Shown here: positions 23,959 to 33,429 of the stretch, in pieces
How positions within the stretch are numbered: position 1 is the stretch's first letter
How the letters are laid out: every line of letters starts with the position of its first letter
Source of the DNA: an uncultured beta proteobacterium
GTDB lineage: Bacteria > Pseudomonadota > Gammaproteobacteria > Burkholderiales > SG8-39
Length of the DNA: 64,000 nucleotides
Direction of reading: 5' to 3'
NCBI GenBank assembly: GCA_963820965.1
Contig: CAWGCC010000027.1
Span: 71,270 to 135,269, forward strand
Made by a program: the position numbers and the translations under genes
Notes under the pieces: generated by a model
Told to the model about the DNA's origin: nothing
Database searches by the model: none
What the model saw: only the letters and a program-made list of their open reading frames with translations

Positions 23959-26649
23959 CTACCGCCAGCCGCCCCGCTCGACCCACGCGGCGATTGCTGG
24001 GCCGAGCTGCGGCCGCGCGATGAGGTGTCCCTGCGCCTCGTCGCAGCCGAGCCGCGCGATCATCGCGAGTGCAGCAGCGGTCTCGATCCCTTCGGCGACC
24101 ACCCTCAGCCCGAGGTCGTGGGCGAGGTTGATCGTCGACCGGACGATCGAGGTGTCGCGGACGTTGGTCATCATCCCGTCGACGAACGAACGATCGATCT
24201 TGAGCGCCTCGAGTGGCAGCTGCTTGAGATAGGAGAGCGACGAGAATCCGATGCCGAAGTCGTCGACGCTGAACCCGATGCCGAGAGCGTGCAGTCGCTC
24301 GATCGTCTCAAGAGCACGCTGCGGATCGGTGACCATCGCGCTCTCGGTGATCTCGAACCCGATTGCCTCGCCCGGCACGTCGTTGCGCTCGAGGATCCGG
24401 CGCGTCTCGTCGACGAAACCCTGGTCGATCAACACCCGCGTCGAGAGGTTGACGGCGATCCTCAGGTCGAGGCCGTTGACGTGCCACGCGCGCCACTGGC
24501 CGGCCGCGTCGTCGAGCACCTTGAGGGTCAGGCTGCGGATGTGGTCGCCCATCTCCGCCAGCGGGATGAACTCGTCGGGCGCGATCTCGCCGTATTGCGG
24601 GTGCCGCCAGCGCGCCAGCGCCTCGACCCCGGCCACCGTCCGGTCGGCGAGCCGCGCGATCGGCTGGTACTCGACGAACACCTCGCCGTTGCGCACCGCC
24701 TCGCCAAGTGCGTTGGCGAGCGCAAAACGACGCGGCGAGTAGCGGTCGAGCGCGGCGTCATACACCGACGCGCGCAGGCCCTTGCGCTTTGCCTCGTACA
24801 TCGCGATGTCGGCGCAGCGCATCAGCGTCGAGGCGTCGAGACCGTGCGTCGGCGCGATGGCCACGCCGACCGAGGCGTCGATTCCCAGCTTCAGGAGCCC
24901 CACTTCGAACGGCTCGCGCAGGCTCGCCATCACCTCGTTCGCGATCGCCGCCGCCACGTTCGGATCGCGGCAGCCGCGCAGGATCACCGCGAACTCATCG
25001 CCGCCGAGGCGCGCGAGCTCTCCGCCGCGTGCTTCGAGAAGCGGCTGGAGGCGAGGCCCGATCAGCTTGAGCAGCTGATCGCCGGCGAAGTGGCCGAGGG
25101 AATCGTTGATCTCCTTGAAGTGGTCGAGGTCCATCATCATCAGCGCGAGGCCCTCGCCCGTCGCGCGCGCCGCCTCGAGCGCCGCGCCGAGCCGCTCGGC
25201 GAGCCACTTACGGTTCGGGAGTCCGGTGAGCGGGTCGTGGCGGGCCTGGTACTCGAGCGCCTGGACCGCTTCCTTGCGCGCGGTGATGTTCCGCCAGATG
25301 CTCCACAGCGCGACAAGCTGGCCGTCGGTGGTGACGGCGATCATCGAGCCGAGTAGCCACAGCTCGGCGCCGTCGACGCCTATGAGGTCGATCTCGTACT
25401 CGCTGAAGCGGTATCCGGCACGGATCCACTCGGTGAGAATCCTTTCCGCCGTGTCCCGCCGCACGAGCGACTCGAGCGACCGGCCGACGAGTTGCTGGGG
25501 CGACGATGCGCCGAAGAGCTTGGCGAGCGAAGCGTTCGCCTCGGCGACGATGCCGTGCCGGCCGATGTGCGCGACCTGCTCCTCGACCGGCGCATCGAGC
25601 GCGATCGGCGGGGACACCTCCACGCGCAGGATCCCCTCGGTCGAGAGGCTGACGAAGGTGCGGTAGCGCTCCTCGCTGACCGACAGCCGGTCGGTGAGCC
25701 GCGCGCGCTCGCTGGCGTCGAGCGCCATCGCGACGACGTCGGCGATCGACGCGGCGAAGCTCTTCTCGTCGAGCAACCACTGGCGTGCCGGCCCCACGTA
25801 CTCGTGGCACACGACGCCCACCAGGCGCCCGTCGTGACGGATCGGCGCTTCGAGCATCGCGCCGATGCCGAGCGGGGCGAGATAGTCGGCGGCAAGCTCG
25901 ACGGTCCGCGGGTCGCGGAGCGCGTCCGAGGCCGCGACGGCGCGACCCGTCTCGAGCGCGCGGAAGTAGGCGGGGTAGGCGGCCGCCTCGAGCGAAGTGC
26001 CCGCCATGTGCTGGCGCAGGCTCCGCCGGTACAGGTTGTGACACCGGAGGCTCGTGTGCGTCTCGTCGAACAGCCACACGCTCGTGCGCTCGATCTCGAG
26101 CGTGCGTCCGGCGACCTCGGTGATGCGGCGGAACGCCTCGTCGACGGGAAGCCCGGTGATGCGGTCGTCGGCGAGGAGTTGGAGGAGGCCGGCCTGCTGG
26201 CGGCGCATGCGCCGCTCGGTGACTACCGTCGCCGGGACCTCCTGCATGGTGCCCACGAGGCGGAGCGCCTGGCCGGCCGCGTCGCGCAGCACCCGGCCCT
26301 TGGCGTTGAACCAGCGCGCGACCCCGCTGATGTCGACGATGCGAAACTCCAGGTCGGTCTCGTTGCCGTTCGCGGCGACGGCGCCGAGCGTTCCCTCGAC
26401 GCGCACGCGATCGGCGGGGAGCAGGCGGTGGAGAAACGTCTGGCTCGTGCCGTCGAAGCCGCCGGCCGGATAGCCGAGCAGCGTCTCGAGGTGGGGGGAG
26501 AGCACCATGTCGCCGGAAGCAAGATCCCACTCCCACAAACCAATGCCGCCTGCGACGAGCGCCGTATGGATGAACGCCTCGGACGCGCCGCCAAGGATGT
26601 CGGGCGAGAGGCTGGAGCCGGAGGTGCGCGTCATGTTGGCTTCTGGCAT
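23959..26649 (-). CDS. PAS-GAF-PAS-GGDEF-EAL c-di-GMP turnover protein
   Basis: Intact 896-aa ORF. PAS-like N-terminus (GIGLWEWDLASGDMVLSPHLETLLGY). GAF segment (SVWLFDETHTSLRCHNLY...GRLVGVVCHEY). GGDEF motif (ARLGGDEFAVIL). EAL domain motifs (VEALARWRHP, DDFGIGFSSLSYL, LKIDRSFV). Confidence 0.9.
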   Translation of the reverse strand: MPEANMTRTSGSSLSPDILGGASEAFIHTALVAGGIGLWEWDLASGDMVLSPHLETLLGYPAGGFDGTSQTFLHRLLPADRVRVEGTLGAVAANGNETDLEFRIVDISGVARWFNAKGRVLRDAAGQALRLVGTMQEVPATVVTERRMRRQQAGLLQLLADDRITGLPVDEAFRRITEVAGRTLEIERTSVWLFDETHTSLRCHNLYRRSLRQHMAGTSLEAAAYPAYFRALETGRAVAASDALRDPRTVELAADYLAPLGIGAMLEAPIRHDGRLVGVVCHEYVGPARQWLLDEKSFAASIADVVAMALDASERARLTDRLSVSEERYRTFVSLSTEGILRVEVSPPIALDAPVEEQVAHIGRHGIVAEANASLAKLFGASSPQQLVGRSLESLVRRDTAERILTEWIRAGYRFSEYEIDLIGVDGAELWLLGSMIAVTTDGQLVALWSIWRNITARKEAVQALEYQARHDPLTGLPNRKWLAERLGAALEAARATGEGLALMMMDLDHFKEINDSLGHFAGDQLLKLIGPRLQPLLEARGGELARLGGDEFAVILRGCRDPNVAAAIANEVMASLREPFEVGLLKLGIDASVGVAIAPTHGLDASTLMRCADIAMYEAKRKGLRASVYDAALDRYSPRRFALANALGEAVRNGEVFVEYQPIARLADRTVAGVEALARWRHPQYGEIAPDEFIPLAEMGDHIRSLTLKVLDDAAGQWRAWHVNGLDLRIAVNLSTRVLIDQGFVDETRRILERNDVPGEAIGFEITESAMVTDPQRALETIERLHALGIGFSVDDFGIGFSSLSYLKQLPLEALKIDRSFVDGMMTNVRDTSIVRSTINLAHDLGLRVVAEGIETAAALAMIARLGCDEAQGHLIARPQLGPAIAAWVERGGWR

Positions 26650-26962
26650 CGGCGCGAGGTCGTTGCCGATTCTGGGGTGCGCGCGCCGGGGCGGGCACTA
26701 GACCGTTCGGCCTATGAAAAAAGTCGCTTCGGCGCCCTCGGACGGTGCGCAGCAGAGCGTGAGAAAAGCAACGCGGAACGCGCCGCGCTGGTGCAGGCCC
26801 GCTGCTGCGCAGCCACGCGGTCCGCTGCTCGCGGTCGCGGCGTCCAATAGTTCGCGTCGCGAACGTGAACGCTATTGCGGAGGAAACTCTTTGCGCGCCA
26901 ACTTCCACGGGCATATCCGCTGCTTGGCGTCAAGCGGCCTGATCTCACCCGGGAGGCGACAT

Positions 26963-27253
26963 ATGGAACAAGAACTGCTCAAGGCGCTCGCGCACTTCAA
27001 GATCCTGTTCAAGAAGGAGAAGGGCGCGCCCGTCGATCTGGAGAAGATGCTGAGCGACGCGTCCTACGGTCGACTGGTCCTGGCACAGGCCGAGGAGTCC
27101 GGCAACGAGACGCTCGTCGTCCTTGCGCTCGGGATCAAGGACAAGCTCGGCTACCTGAAGGTCGCCGCCGCGCCGCCGGCGCAACCGGCCGCGCCCGAGA
27201 AGAAAACCGCTGCGGCGGACGCCAAGAAGTACATGTACGGTCCGCGCTCGTAG
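26963..27253 (+). CDS. Hypothetical small protein (96 aa)
   Basis: ATG at 26963 preceded by GGGAGG. Sequence MEQELLKALAHFKILFKKEKGAPVDLEKMLSDASYGRLVLAQAEESGNETLVVLALGIKDKLGYLKV, then an Ala/Pro/Lys tail. No family recognised. Confidence 0.5.
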   Translation: MEQELLKALAHFKILFKKEKGAPVDLEKMLSDASYGRLVLAQAEESGNETLVVLALGIKDKLGYLKVAAAPPAQPAAPEKKTAAADAKKYMYGPRS

Positions 27254-27327
27254 CGCGCGGTCATAGCCTTTCTTTTCACCGATTCTCCAGGTGGGGTTCG
27301 TGCGGGCCTCGCCGGAACCCTGACGCC

Positions 27328-27834
27328 ATGAACCCGAACGTGCGCTTTACGAAGACCGATAAGGGCCAGGACGAAATCCGCAACCGGACCCACCGGCTCA
27401 ACCCGAAGCTGCGTCAGGTACTCGTGCTCGTGGACGGCACCAAGCCGATCGGCGAGCTGTTGGCGGCGGCAGTACGCCTCGGGGGCGCTGCGGAAGTGCT
27501 CGAATCGCTCGTCCGCGAGGGGTTCATCGCGCCGATCGATATCGCCGCCACCGCGCCGGCACCGGCGCCGTCGAGCGGGGCGCCAGCCGTCCCGGCACTC
27601 GCGGCCGACGACCCGGCCAAGGTGGGCGCGGCGAAGATGGCGATGCGGAGCTACATCAAGCTCGCCGCGGGCATGCTGGAAGGACGCTCGCTCAATAAGC
27701 TCGTCGACCGCGTGCATTCGACCGACGAGGTCCTGCGCTGTCTCGCCGAGTTGCGGACTCGCCTGGCCGGCGGCAACCGCGCCGAGGCGCTCGCGAACCT
27801 CGAGACGGAAATCGGCGAGATCCTCCACCGCTAA
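27328..27834 (+). CDS. Hypothetical protein (168 aa) with a possible N-terminal winged-helix-like segment
   Basis: MNPNVRFTKTDKGQDEIRNRTHRLNPKLRQVLVLVDGTKPIGELL..., then an Ala/Pro linker and a helical C-terminus. Follows the 96-aa ORF after 74 nt on the same strand. Confidence 0.5.
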   Translation: MNPNVRFTKTDKGQDEIRNRTHRLNPKLRQVLVLVDGTKPIGELLAAAVRLGGAAEVLESLVREGFIAPIDIAATAPAPAPSSGAPAVPALAADDPAKVGAAKMAMRSYIKLAAGMLEGRSLNKLVDRVHSTDEVLRCLAELRTRLAGGNRAEALANLETEIGEILHR

Positions 27835-27879
27835 AGTGAAGGCAGCGCCCCTTTTGCGATTCCCGATTCCCGGCAGCCA

Positions 27880-28392
27880 CTAGCGGCCGCGCTGCGCGCG
27901 CCGCGGCTGCGGGGGCTCGGGCGACGGTAGCGGCAGTGCCGTCTGGTACTTCACTTGCTTCAGCGCGAAGCTCGATTTGATGTTGCCGACGCCAGGCACC
28001 CGCGACAGGAAATCGAGGATGAAGCGCTCGAACGCCGGGACGTCCGGCACCAGGACGCGAAGGAGGTAGTCGGCGTCGCCGGTCATCAGGTAGCACTCCA
28101 TCACCTCGGGCCGCGCGCGGATCGCCTTCTCGAACGTCTCCAGCGCCGGCTCGATCTGCTTCTCGAGCGTCACCTGCACCAGCACGCTCACGGTGAGGCC
28201 GAGCTTCACCGGGTCGAGCAGCGTCACGTAGCGCCGGATCAGCCCGCTCTCCTCGAGCCGCCTTACCCGCGCGAGACACGGCGACGGCGAGAGGTTCACC
28301 GCCCGCGCCAGCTCGACGTTCGTGAGCCGCGCGTCGTCCTGCAGCCGGTCGAGGATGTTGCGGTCGATTGCATCGAGTATTTCATGCGGCAT
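27880..28392 (-). CDS. Lrp/AsnC-family transcriptional regulator
   Basis: [55 protein letters not shown] followed by a RAM-type C-terminal domain. Divergent from aceE. Start taken at 28392. Confidence 0.9.
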   Translation of the reverse strand: MPHEILDAIDRNILDRLQDDARLTNVELARAVNLSPSPCLARVRRLEESGLIRRYVTLLDPVKLGLTVSVLVQVTLEKQIEPALETFEKAIRARPEVMECYLMTGDADYLLRVLVPDVPAFERFILDFLSRVPGVGNIKSSFALKQVKYQTALPLPSPEPPQPRRAQRGR

Positions 28393-28523
28393 GATCGATT
28401 CACCGTAGGCCGGACCGCGGCAGATTATGCTGCGGCGATCCGGGGTTTGCAGGAGATTCGCAAGCACATGCTCCGCACACCGGGCTACCATCATCGGGTT
28501 GATTCAAACGAGGCGACCCCGTC

Positions 28524-31187
28524 ATGTCCCAGCTCTACGAGATCGCGCCGTGGGCGTTCTGGCGCGTCACGCCGCCCGACCTCGATCCGGTCGAGACGCG
28601 GGAGTGGCTCGAGGCCTTTGACGCGCTCGTCGAGGCCGAGGGCCCCGACCGCGCAACCTTCCTCCTGAAGCGCCTCCTCGATCGCGCGCGCGCGCGACGC
28701 GTCAAGCTTCCGCCTGTTTTCAACACTGCATACAAGAACACGATCGCGCTCGAGGATCAGCCGCAGTTCCCGGGCAACCTCGAGGTCGAGCAGCGGCTCG
28801 CGTCGATCATCCGCTGGAACGCGCTCGCCATGGTCGTCCGCGCGAACCGCGAGCACCCGGAGCTCGGCGGCCATATCGCGAGCTACGCCTCGGCGGCGGA
28901 TCTCTTCGAGGTGGGGTTCAACCACTTCTTCCGCGCGGGCCTGGGCGGCGACCTCGTCTACTTCCAGCCCCATTCCGCGCCTGGCGTCTATGCGCGCGCG
29001 TTCCTCGAAGGCCGGCTGAGCGAGGAGCGCCTCGAGCACTACCGCCGCGAGGTCGGCGGCGGCGGCCTTTCTTCGTACTGCCACCCGTGGCTGATGCGCG
29101 ATTTCTGGCAGTTCCCCACCGGCTCGATGGGGCTCGGGCCGATCAACGCGATCTACCAGGCGCGGTTCATGCGCTATCTCGAGAACCGCGGCATCCTCGC
29201 CACCGCCGGCCGGAAGGTGTGGTCGTTCGTCGGCGACGGCGAGATGGACGAGCCCGAATCGCTCGCCGCGCTTTCGCTCGCCGCCCGCGAGGGGCTAGAC
29301 AACCTGATCTTCGTCGTCAACTGCAACCTCCAGCGGCTCGACGGACCGGTCCGCGGCAACGGCTCGATCGTGCAGGAGCTCGAGGGCCTCTTCGCCGGCG
29401 CCGGCTGGAATGTGATCAAGCTGATGTGGGGCTCGGACTGGGACACCCTTTTCGCGCGCGACAACGACGGCGTGATCCTGAAGCGCCTGCACGAGACGGT
29501 CGACGGCGAGTTCCAGACCTATGCCGCGACCGACGGCCGCTTCAACCGCGAGAACTTCTTCAACAAGTATCCGGAGCTGCAGGCGATCGTCGCGCACATG
29601 TCCGACGAGGACATCGATCGCCTCCGTCGCGGCGGCCACGACCCGGTGAAGATCTACGCCGCCTATCGCGCGGCCGCCGCCCACAAGGGCCAGCCGACGG
29701 TGATCCTCGCCAAGACCAAGAAGGGCTACGGGATGGGCAACTGGGGGCAGGGCAAGATGGGCACCCACCAGCAGAAGAAGCTCGACGACGACGCGCTGCG
29801 GGAGTTCCGTGACCGCTTCGCGCTGCCGCTGTCCGACGACGACGTCGTCGCACTGCGGCTCCACAAGCCGGCCGACGACTCACCGGAAATGAAGTACCTC
29901 CACGCGCGGCGCCAGGCGCTCGGCGGCTACTTGCCCGCCCGCACCTCGCAGGCGCCGACGCTCGCGGTGCCGCAGGATGCGTTCGCGCGGATGCGGGAGG
30001 GCACCCGTGACCGCGAGCAGTCGACGACGATGATCTTCGTGCAGCTCCTCGCGCAGCTGCTGCGCGACCCCGCGCTCGGCAAGCACGTGGTGCCGATCGT
30101 CGCCGACGAGGCGCGCACTTTCGGCATGCAGTCGCTGTTCCGCCAGATCGGGATCTATTCCTCGGCGGGGCAGGTGTACGAGCCCGAGGATCACGACGAG
30201 CTGCTCTACTACAAGGAGGCGCGGGACGGCCAGATTCTCGAGGAAGGTATCACCGAAGCGGGCGCGCTGAGCTCCTGGATCGCCGCCGCGACGAGCTACA
30301 GCTCGCACGGCGTGCCGATGCTGCCGTTCTACATCTTCTACTCGATGTTCGGCTTCCAGCGCATCGGCGATCTCGCGTGGGCGGCAGCAGACTCGCGCGC
30401 GCGGGGTTTTCTCCTCGGCGCCACCGCCGGGCGCACCACGCTCTCGGGCGAGGGCCTGCAGCACCAGGATGGCACGAGCCACCTCATCGCATCGACCATT
30501 CCCAACTGCCGTGCCTATGACCCGTGCTACGGCTACGAGCTCGCGCTGATCGTGCAGGACGGGATGCGGCGGATGCTGGAAGCGCAGGAGGACGTCTTCT
30601 ACTACGTCACGGTGATGAACGAGAACTACGCGCACCCGGCGATGCCGGCGGTCGATGGCGGGGGAGGGGCCGCGTCGTCATCCGGCGTGCAGGAGGGGAT
30701 CCTCCGGGGGATGTACCTCCTGCAGCCGCGCGAAGGTGCGCAGATCCAGCTTCTCGGCTCGGGGACGATCCTGCGCGAGGTGATCGCGGCGGCGGAGACG
30801 CTCGGGCGCGAGCACGGCATCGCCGCGAACGTGTGGAGCGTCACGAGCTGGACGGAGCTGCACTGGGACGGGATGGCGGTCGAGCGGGCGCAGCGGGTCG
30901 AGGGCGCAACCTCGCCGTCGTGGGTGGCGCGGCAACTCGCGCCGACCGCGGGTCCGATCGTCGCCGCGAGCGACTATGTCCGTGCGGTGGCCGATCTGGC
31001 GCGGCCCTACGTGCCTGCTGGCCGGAGCTACACCGCCCTTGGCACCGATGGCTTCGGACGGAGCGACACGCGTGCCGCGTTGCGCGCCTTCTTCGAAGTC
31101 GACCGGGACGCGATCGTGACCGCAGCGCTCGCTGCGCTCGGTCGCAGCGTCGCGGCGCGCTCGCTCGCCGCACCCTGGACGCGGTGA
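28524..31187 (+). CDS. aceE: Pyruvate dehydrogenase E1 component, homodimeric type
   Basis: Intact 887-aa ORF. DPVETREWLEAFDALVEAEGPDRATFLLKRL, GGHIASYASAADLFEVGFNHFF and a C-terminal transketolase-like region. No aceF or lpd follows. Confidence 0.9.
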   Translation: MSQLYEIAPWAFWRVTPPDLDPVETREWLEAFDALVEAEGPDRATFLLKRLLDRARARRVKLPPVFNTAYKNTIALEDQPQFPGNLEVEQRLASIIRWNALAMVVRANREHPELGGHIASYASAADLFEVGFNHFFRAGLGGDLVYFQPHSAPGVYARAFLEGRLSEERLEHYRREVGGGGLSSYCHPWLMRDFWQFPTGSMGLGPINAIYQARFMRYLENRGILATAGRKVWSFVGDGEMDEPESLAALSLAAREGLDNLIFVVNCNLQRLDGPVRGNGSIVQELEGLFAGAGWNVIKLMWGSDWDTLFARDNDGVILKRLHETVDGEFQTYAATDGRFNRENFFNKYPELQAIVAHMSDEDIDRLRRGGHDPVKIYAAYRAAAAHKGQPTVILAKTKKGYGMGNWGQGKMGTHQQKKLDDDALREFRDRFALPLSDDDVVALRLHKPADDSPEMKYLHARRQALGGYLPARTSQAPTLAVPQDAFARMREGTRDREQSTTMIFVQLLAQLLRDPALGKHVVPIVADEARTFGMQSLFRQIGIYSSAGQVYEPEDHDELLYYKEARDGQILEEGITEAGALSSWIAAATSYSSHGVPMLPFYIFYSMFGFQRIGDLAWAAADSRARGFLLGATAGRTTLSGEGLQHQDGTSHLIASTIPNCRAYDPCYGYELALIVQDGMRRMLEAQEDVFYYVTVMNENYAHPAMPAVDGGGGAASSSGVQEGILRGMYLLQPREGAQIQLLGSGTILREVIAAAETLGREHGIAANVWSVTSWTELHWDGMAVERAQRVEGATSPSWVARQLAPTAGPIVAASDYVRAVADLARPYVPAGRSYTALGTDGFGRSDTRAALRAFFEVDRDAIVTAALAALGRSVAARSLAAPWTR

Positions 31188-31196
31188 GCCGCCGGC

Positions 31197-31604
31197 TCAG
31201 CCGGCCGGCGGTCCCTTCAGCTCGACGACGTTGCCCTCGGGGTCGTGGACGTACATCGAGGGCCCCGTGCCGTCGGCGCCGAAGCGCTGCGCGATCTCCC
31301 CCACGCGCGCGCCGTGCGTCTGGAGGTGTCGTACGATCGCCGCCTCGTCGAACGGCTCGACCCGCAGGCACACGTGATCCATGTTCCGGCCTTCTGCGCC
31401 GGGTGCCGCGCCGCCGGGGCGGCCGAGCGGGCCGTCGACCGGCACCAGGTCGATCTGCGATCGGCCCGCGCGCAGGTGCACTAGACCTAGATCGTCGCGG
31501 CGCCGCTCGACGGTGCAGCCGATGACGCGACAATAGAAGTCGATCATCCGCTCGAGGTCCCTCACGCGGAGGACGACGTGGTCGATGTCGCGGATCCGGA
31601 TCAC
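31197..31604 (-). CDS. VOC/glyoxalase-family protein
   Basis: 135 aa from a GTG at 31604 that overlaps the upstream stop (GTGA). IRDIDHVVLRVRDLERMIDFYCRVIGC...MDHVCLRVEPFDEAAIVRHL...MYVHDPEGNVVELK. Confidence 0.8.
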   Translation of the reverse strand: MIRIRDIDHVVLRVRDLERMIDFYCRVIGCTVERRRDDLGLVHLRAGRSQIDLVPVDGPLGRPGGAAPGAEGRNMDHVCLRVEPFDEAAIVRHLQTHGARVGEIAQRFGADGTGPSMYVHDPEGNVVELKGPPAG

Positions 31605-32653
31605 GGCGATCCCGGCGGAACGTGCCGCCCGCCGACGTGGGCGGAGGCGCCGTAGTGCTCGCGCAGGAGATCGCGACCGAAGTCGCCCTCGAAGTCGCGC
31701 CACACGGAGTGGATGTGGTTGCCGCCCGAATTGTCGAACTCGATCAGGAACGTCGGCCCCTGCACGCGGTAATAGTGCGGTCGGCCGCGCGCCGTCGCCC
31801 CGGCCCAGGCGAAGCGGATGGCCTCCAGGCCGGCGGCGCGGATCCTCGCCAGCCGCTCTTCGGCGAGCTTCGGCTGCATCGTGCCCGCGTACACCTCGAT
31901 CAGCGCGAGCAGCTGCTTCTGCTGCTGAGAGGCGAGCTTTGCGAACGCGATCCCGCGGCCGTCGAGCGGGTCCGCCCTCGAGCGGTTGCGGCTGACGATA
32001 TCGCCATAGGGCGCCTCGTCCACGATCGCCTCGCCGCGCTGGGCAGCGCTCAGCGAGTCGAGAAGTGCGCGCGCCGTGTCTTCCTCGGCGGCGAGCGCGC
32101 GATTCCCCTTCCTCGGCCCGCTGCGGACCTCGGCAGGATTCGCGCCGAGGAAGGTCGGCGTCGACGACACGAACCGGCCCTTGATGACGGCGAGATGCAG
32201 CGAGACGTGATGGCCTTCGACTCGCACCCCCCACGGCGATTCCGTGCCGGGATCGCCGAACACGAGGAACCAGTAGCGCTCCGGATCGCGCTCGTCCCAG
32301 CGCTCGAGCTCCCGCAGCACGACCTCGAGGGCGATGATCGATTGCACCTTGAGGTAGCCCTCGCTCGAGAGAAAGCTCGCGAGCAGCGCGTGCGCGGCCT
32401 CGCGCTGCGCCGTCGACATCTCCTGGAGCTGCATCCCCGGCCGGCTGCCCGGCGTGTAGCGCCACGTGGTGCGATCACGGCTTTGGAAGGCGGCTTTCGC
32501 GCCGAGCCGGCGATCCTCCGGCAGCGCCGCGAGGAACCGATTGGCCGTTTTCGCCACCTCGGCGATGAGGCGTTCGCGCGCCTCGTCGGCGGCGGCCGGC
32601 GGCGCGGCGAATGCGCCGGCAATGGCGAGCGCGGAGAGGAGATGTCGGATCAT
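31601..32653 (-). CDS. DUF3500-family exported protein
   Basis: Intact 350-aa ORF. Signal peptide MIRHLLSALAIAGAFAAPPAAA. Motifs WRYTPG, WGVRVEGHHVSLHL and FLIEFDNSGGNHIHSVWRD are typical of DUF3500. Confidence 0.75.
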   Translation of the reverse strand: MIRHLLSALAIAGAFAAPPAAADEARERLIAEVAKTANRFLAALPEDRRLGAKAAFQSRDRTTWRYTPGSRPGMQLQEMSTAQREAAHALLASFLSSEGYLKVQSIIALEVVLRELERWDERDPERYWFLVFGDPGTESPWGVRVEGHHVSLHLAVIKGRFVSSTPTFLGANPAEVRSGPRKGNRALAAEEDTARALLDSLSAAQRGEAIVDEAPYGDIVSRNRSRADPLDGRGIAFAKLASQQQKQLLALIEVYAGTMQPKLAEERLARIRAAGLEAIRFAWAGATARGRPHYYRVQGPTFLIEFDNSGGNHIHSVWRDFEGDFGRDLLREHYGASAHVGGRHVPPGSP

Positions 32654-33429
32654 GGGCGTGTGCCCGGCAGCGCCGGCGCGTCCTCCTTGAGGTCAATGCC
32701 TGTCAGCCGGCGCAGCCGCGCCGCCGTCATCAGATGGAAGAGCTTGTGCGCGGCGGGCGCGTAGCCCAGGCCCTCCGGGCGGATGTTGGAGATGCAGTTC
32801 CGCTCGGCGTTGGTGCGGCCCGGCAGCGGGTCCCAGGTGAGATAGACGCCGAGGCTGTCGGGCGCGCTCAGGCCCGGACGCTCGCCGATGAGCATCACTG
32901 CGAGCTGCGCGGCAACCAGCGCGCCGATCTCGTCGCCGATCGCCACCCGGCTTTGATGCACGATGCAGACCGGCGCGAGCCGCCAGCCGGCGTCGGCCAG
33001 GCGCGGGCCGAGTGCGTCGAGGAGCGGCACCGCGTGTCGTTCGACCGCGAGCGCCGACAGCCCGTCGGCGATCATCAGTACCGCATCGTGCAGGGCCTGC
33101 GCGCGAGATTCCAGCGCCGCTTTCGACTCGTCGCTCAGGGTCCGGCCGAGGTCGGGACGCTGGACGAACGTCCGGCGGTCGGGTGCTGCGCTGTGAAGCC
33201 GGAGCACGTCCCAGCCGCGTTCGCGGAGCGCCCTCTCGATCGCACCGCCGTCGAGATTGCGGTCGACCGCATCGCGGGCCCGCGCGTGCGCGAGCTGGAA
33301 CTCGAGCAGCGGCCCGGTCGGGATGCTGCCCCCGGCGCGGCCGAGCGCGATGCGCGCCGCGGTAAACGCGCGCAAGCCCCGCCACGGATCGGAGCGGGTG
33401 GAAGGCGGCTTTGCCACGCGATCAGCCAC
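32650..33429 (-). CDS. eutC: Ethanolamine ammonia-lyase small subunit
   Basis: Intact 259-aa ORF. TAARIALGRAGGSIPT...LIGERPGLSAPDSLGVYLTW...NCISNIRPEGL. Overlaps eutB by 8 nt and the DUF3500 start by 4 nt. Confidence 0.9.
   Translation of the reverse strand: MADRVAKPPSTRSDPWRGLRAFTAARIALGRAGGSIPTGPLLEFQLAHARARDAVDRNLDGGAIERALRERGWDVLRLHSAAPDRRTFVQRPDLGRTLSDESKAALESRAQALHDAVLMIADGLSALAVERHAVPLLDALGPRLADAGWRLAPVCIVHQSRVAIGDEIGALVAAQLAVMLIGERPGLSAPDSLGVYLTWDPLPGRTNAERNCISNIRPEGLGYAPAAHKLFHLMTAARLRRLTGIDLKEDAPALPGTRP

Noticed and set aside
23617-26914. Several long alternative-frame ORFs: 23617-25356 (+), 25492-26850 (+), 25208-26914 (-)
   Set aside because: All overlap the intact PAS-GAF-GGDEF-EAL gene in other frames or on the other strand. 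None has motif content.
31197-32465. 422-aa minus-strand ORF
   Set aside because: Only the last 135 codons (the VOC protein from GTG 31604) are real. The upstream part is an out-of-frame read-through of the DUF3500 gene.
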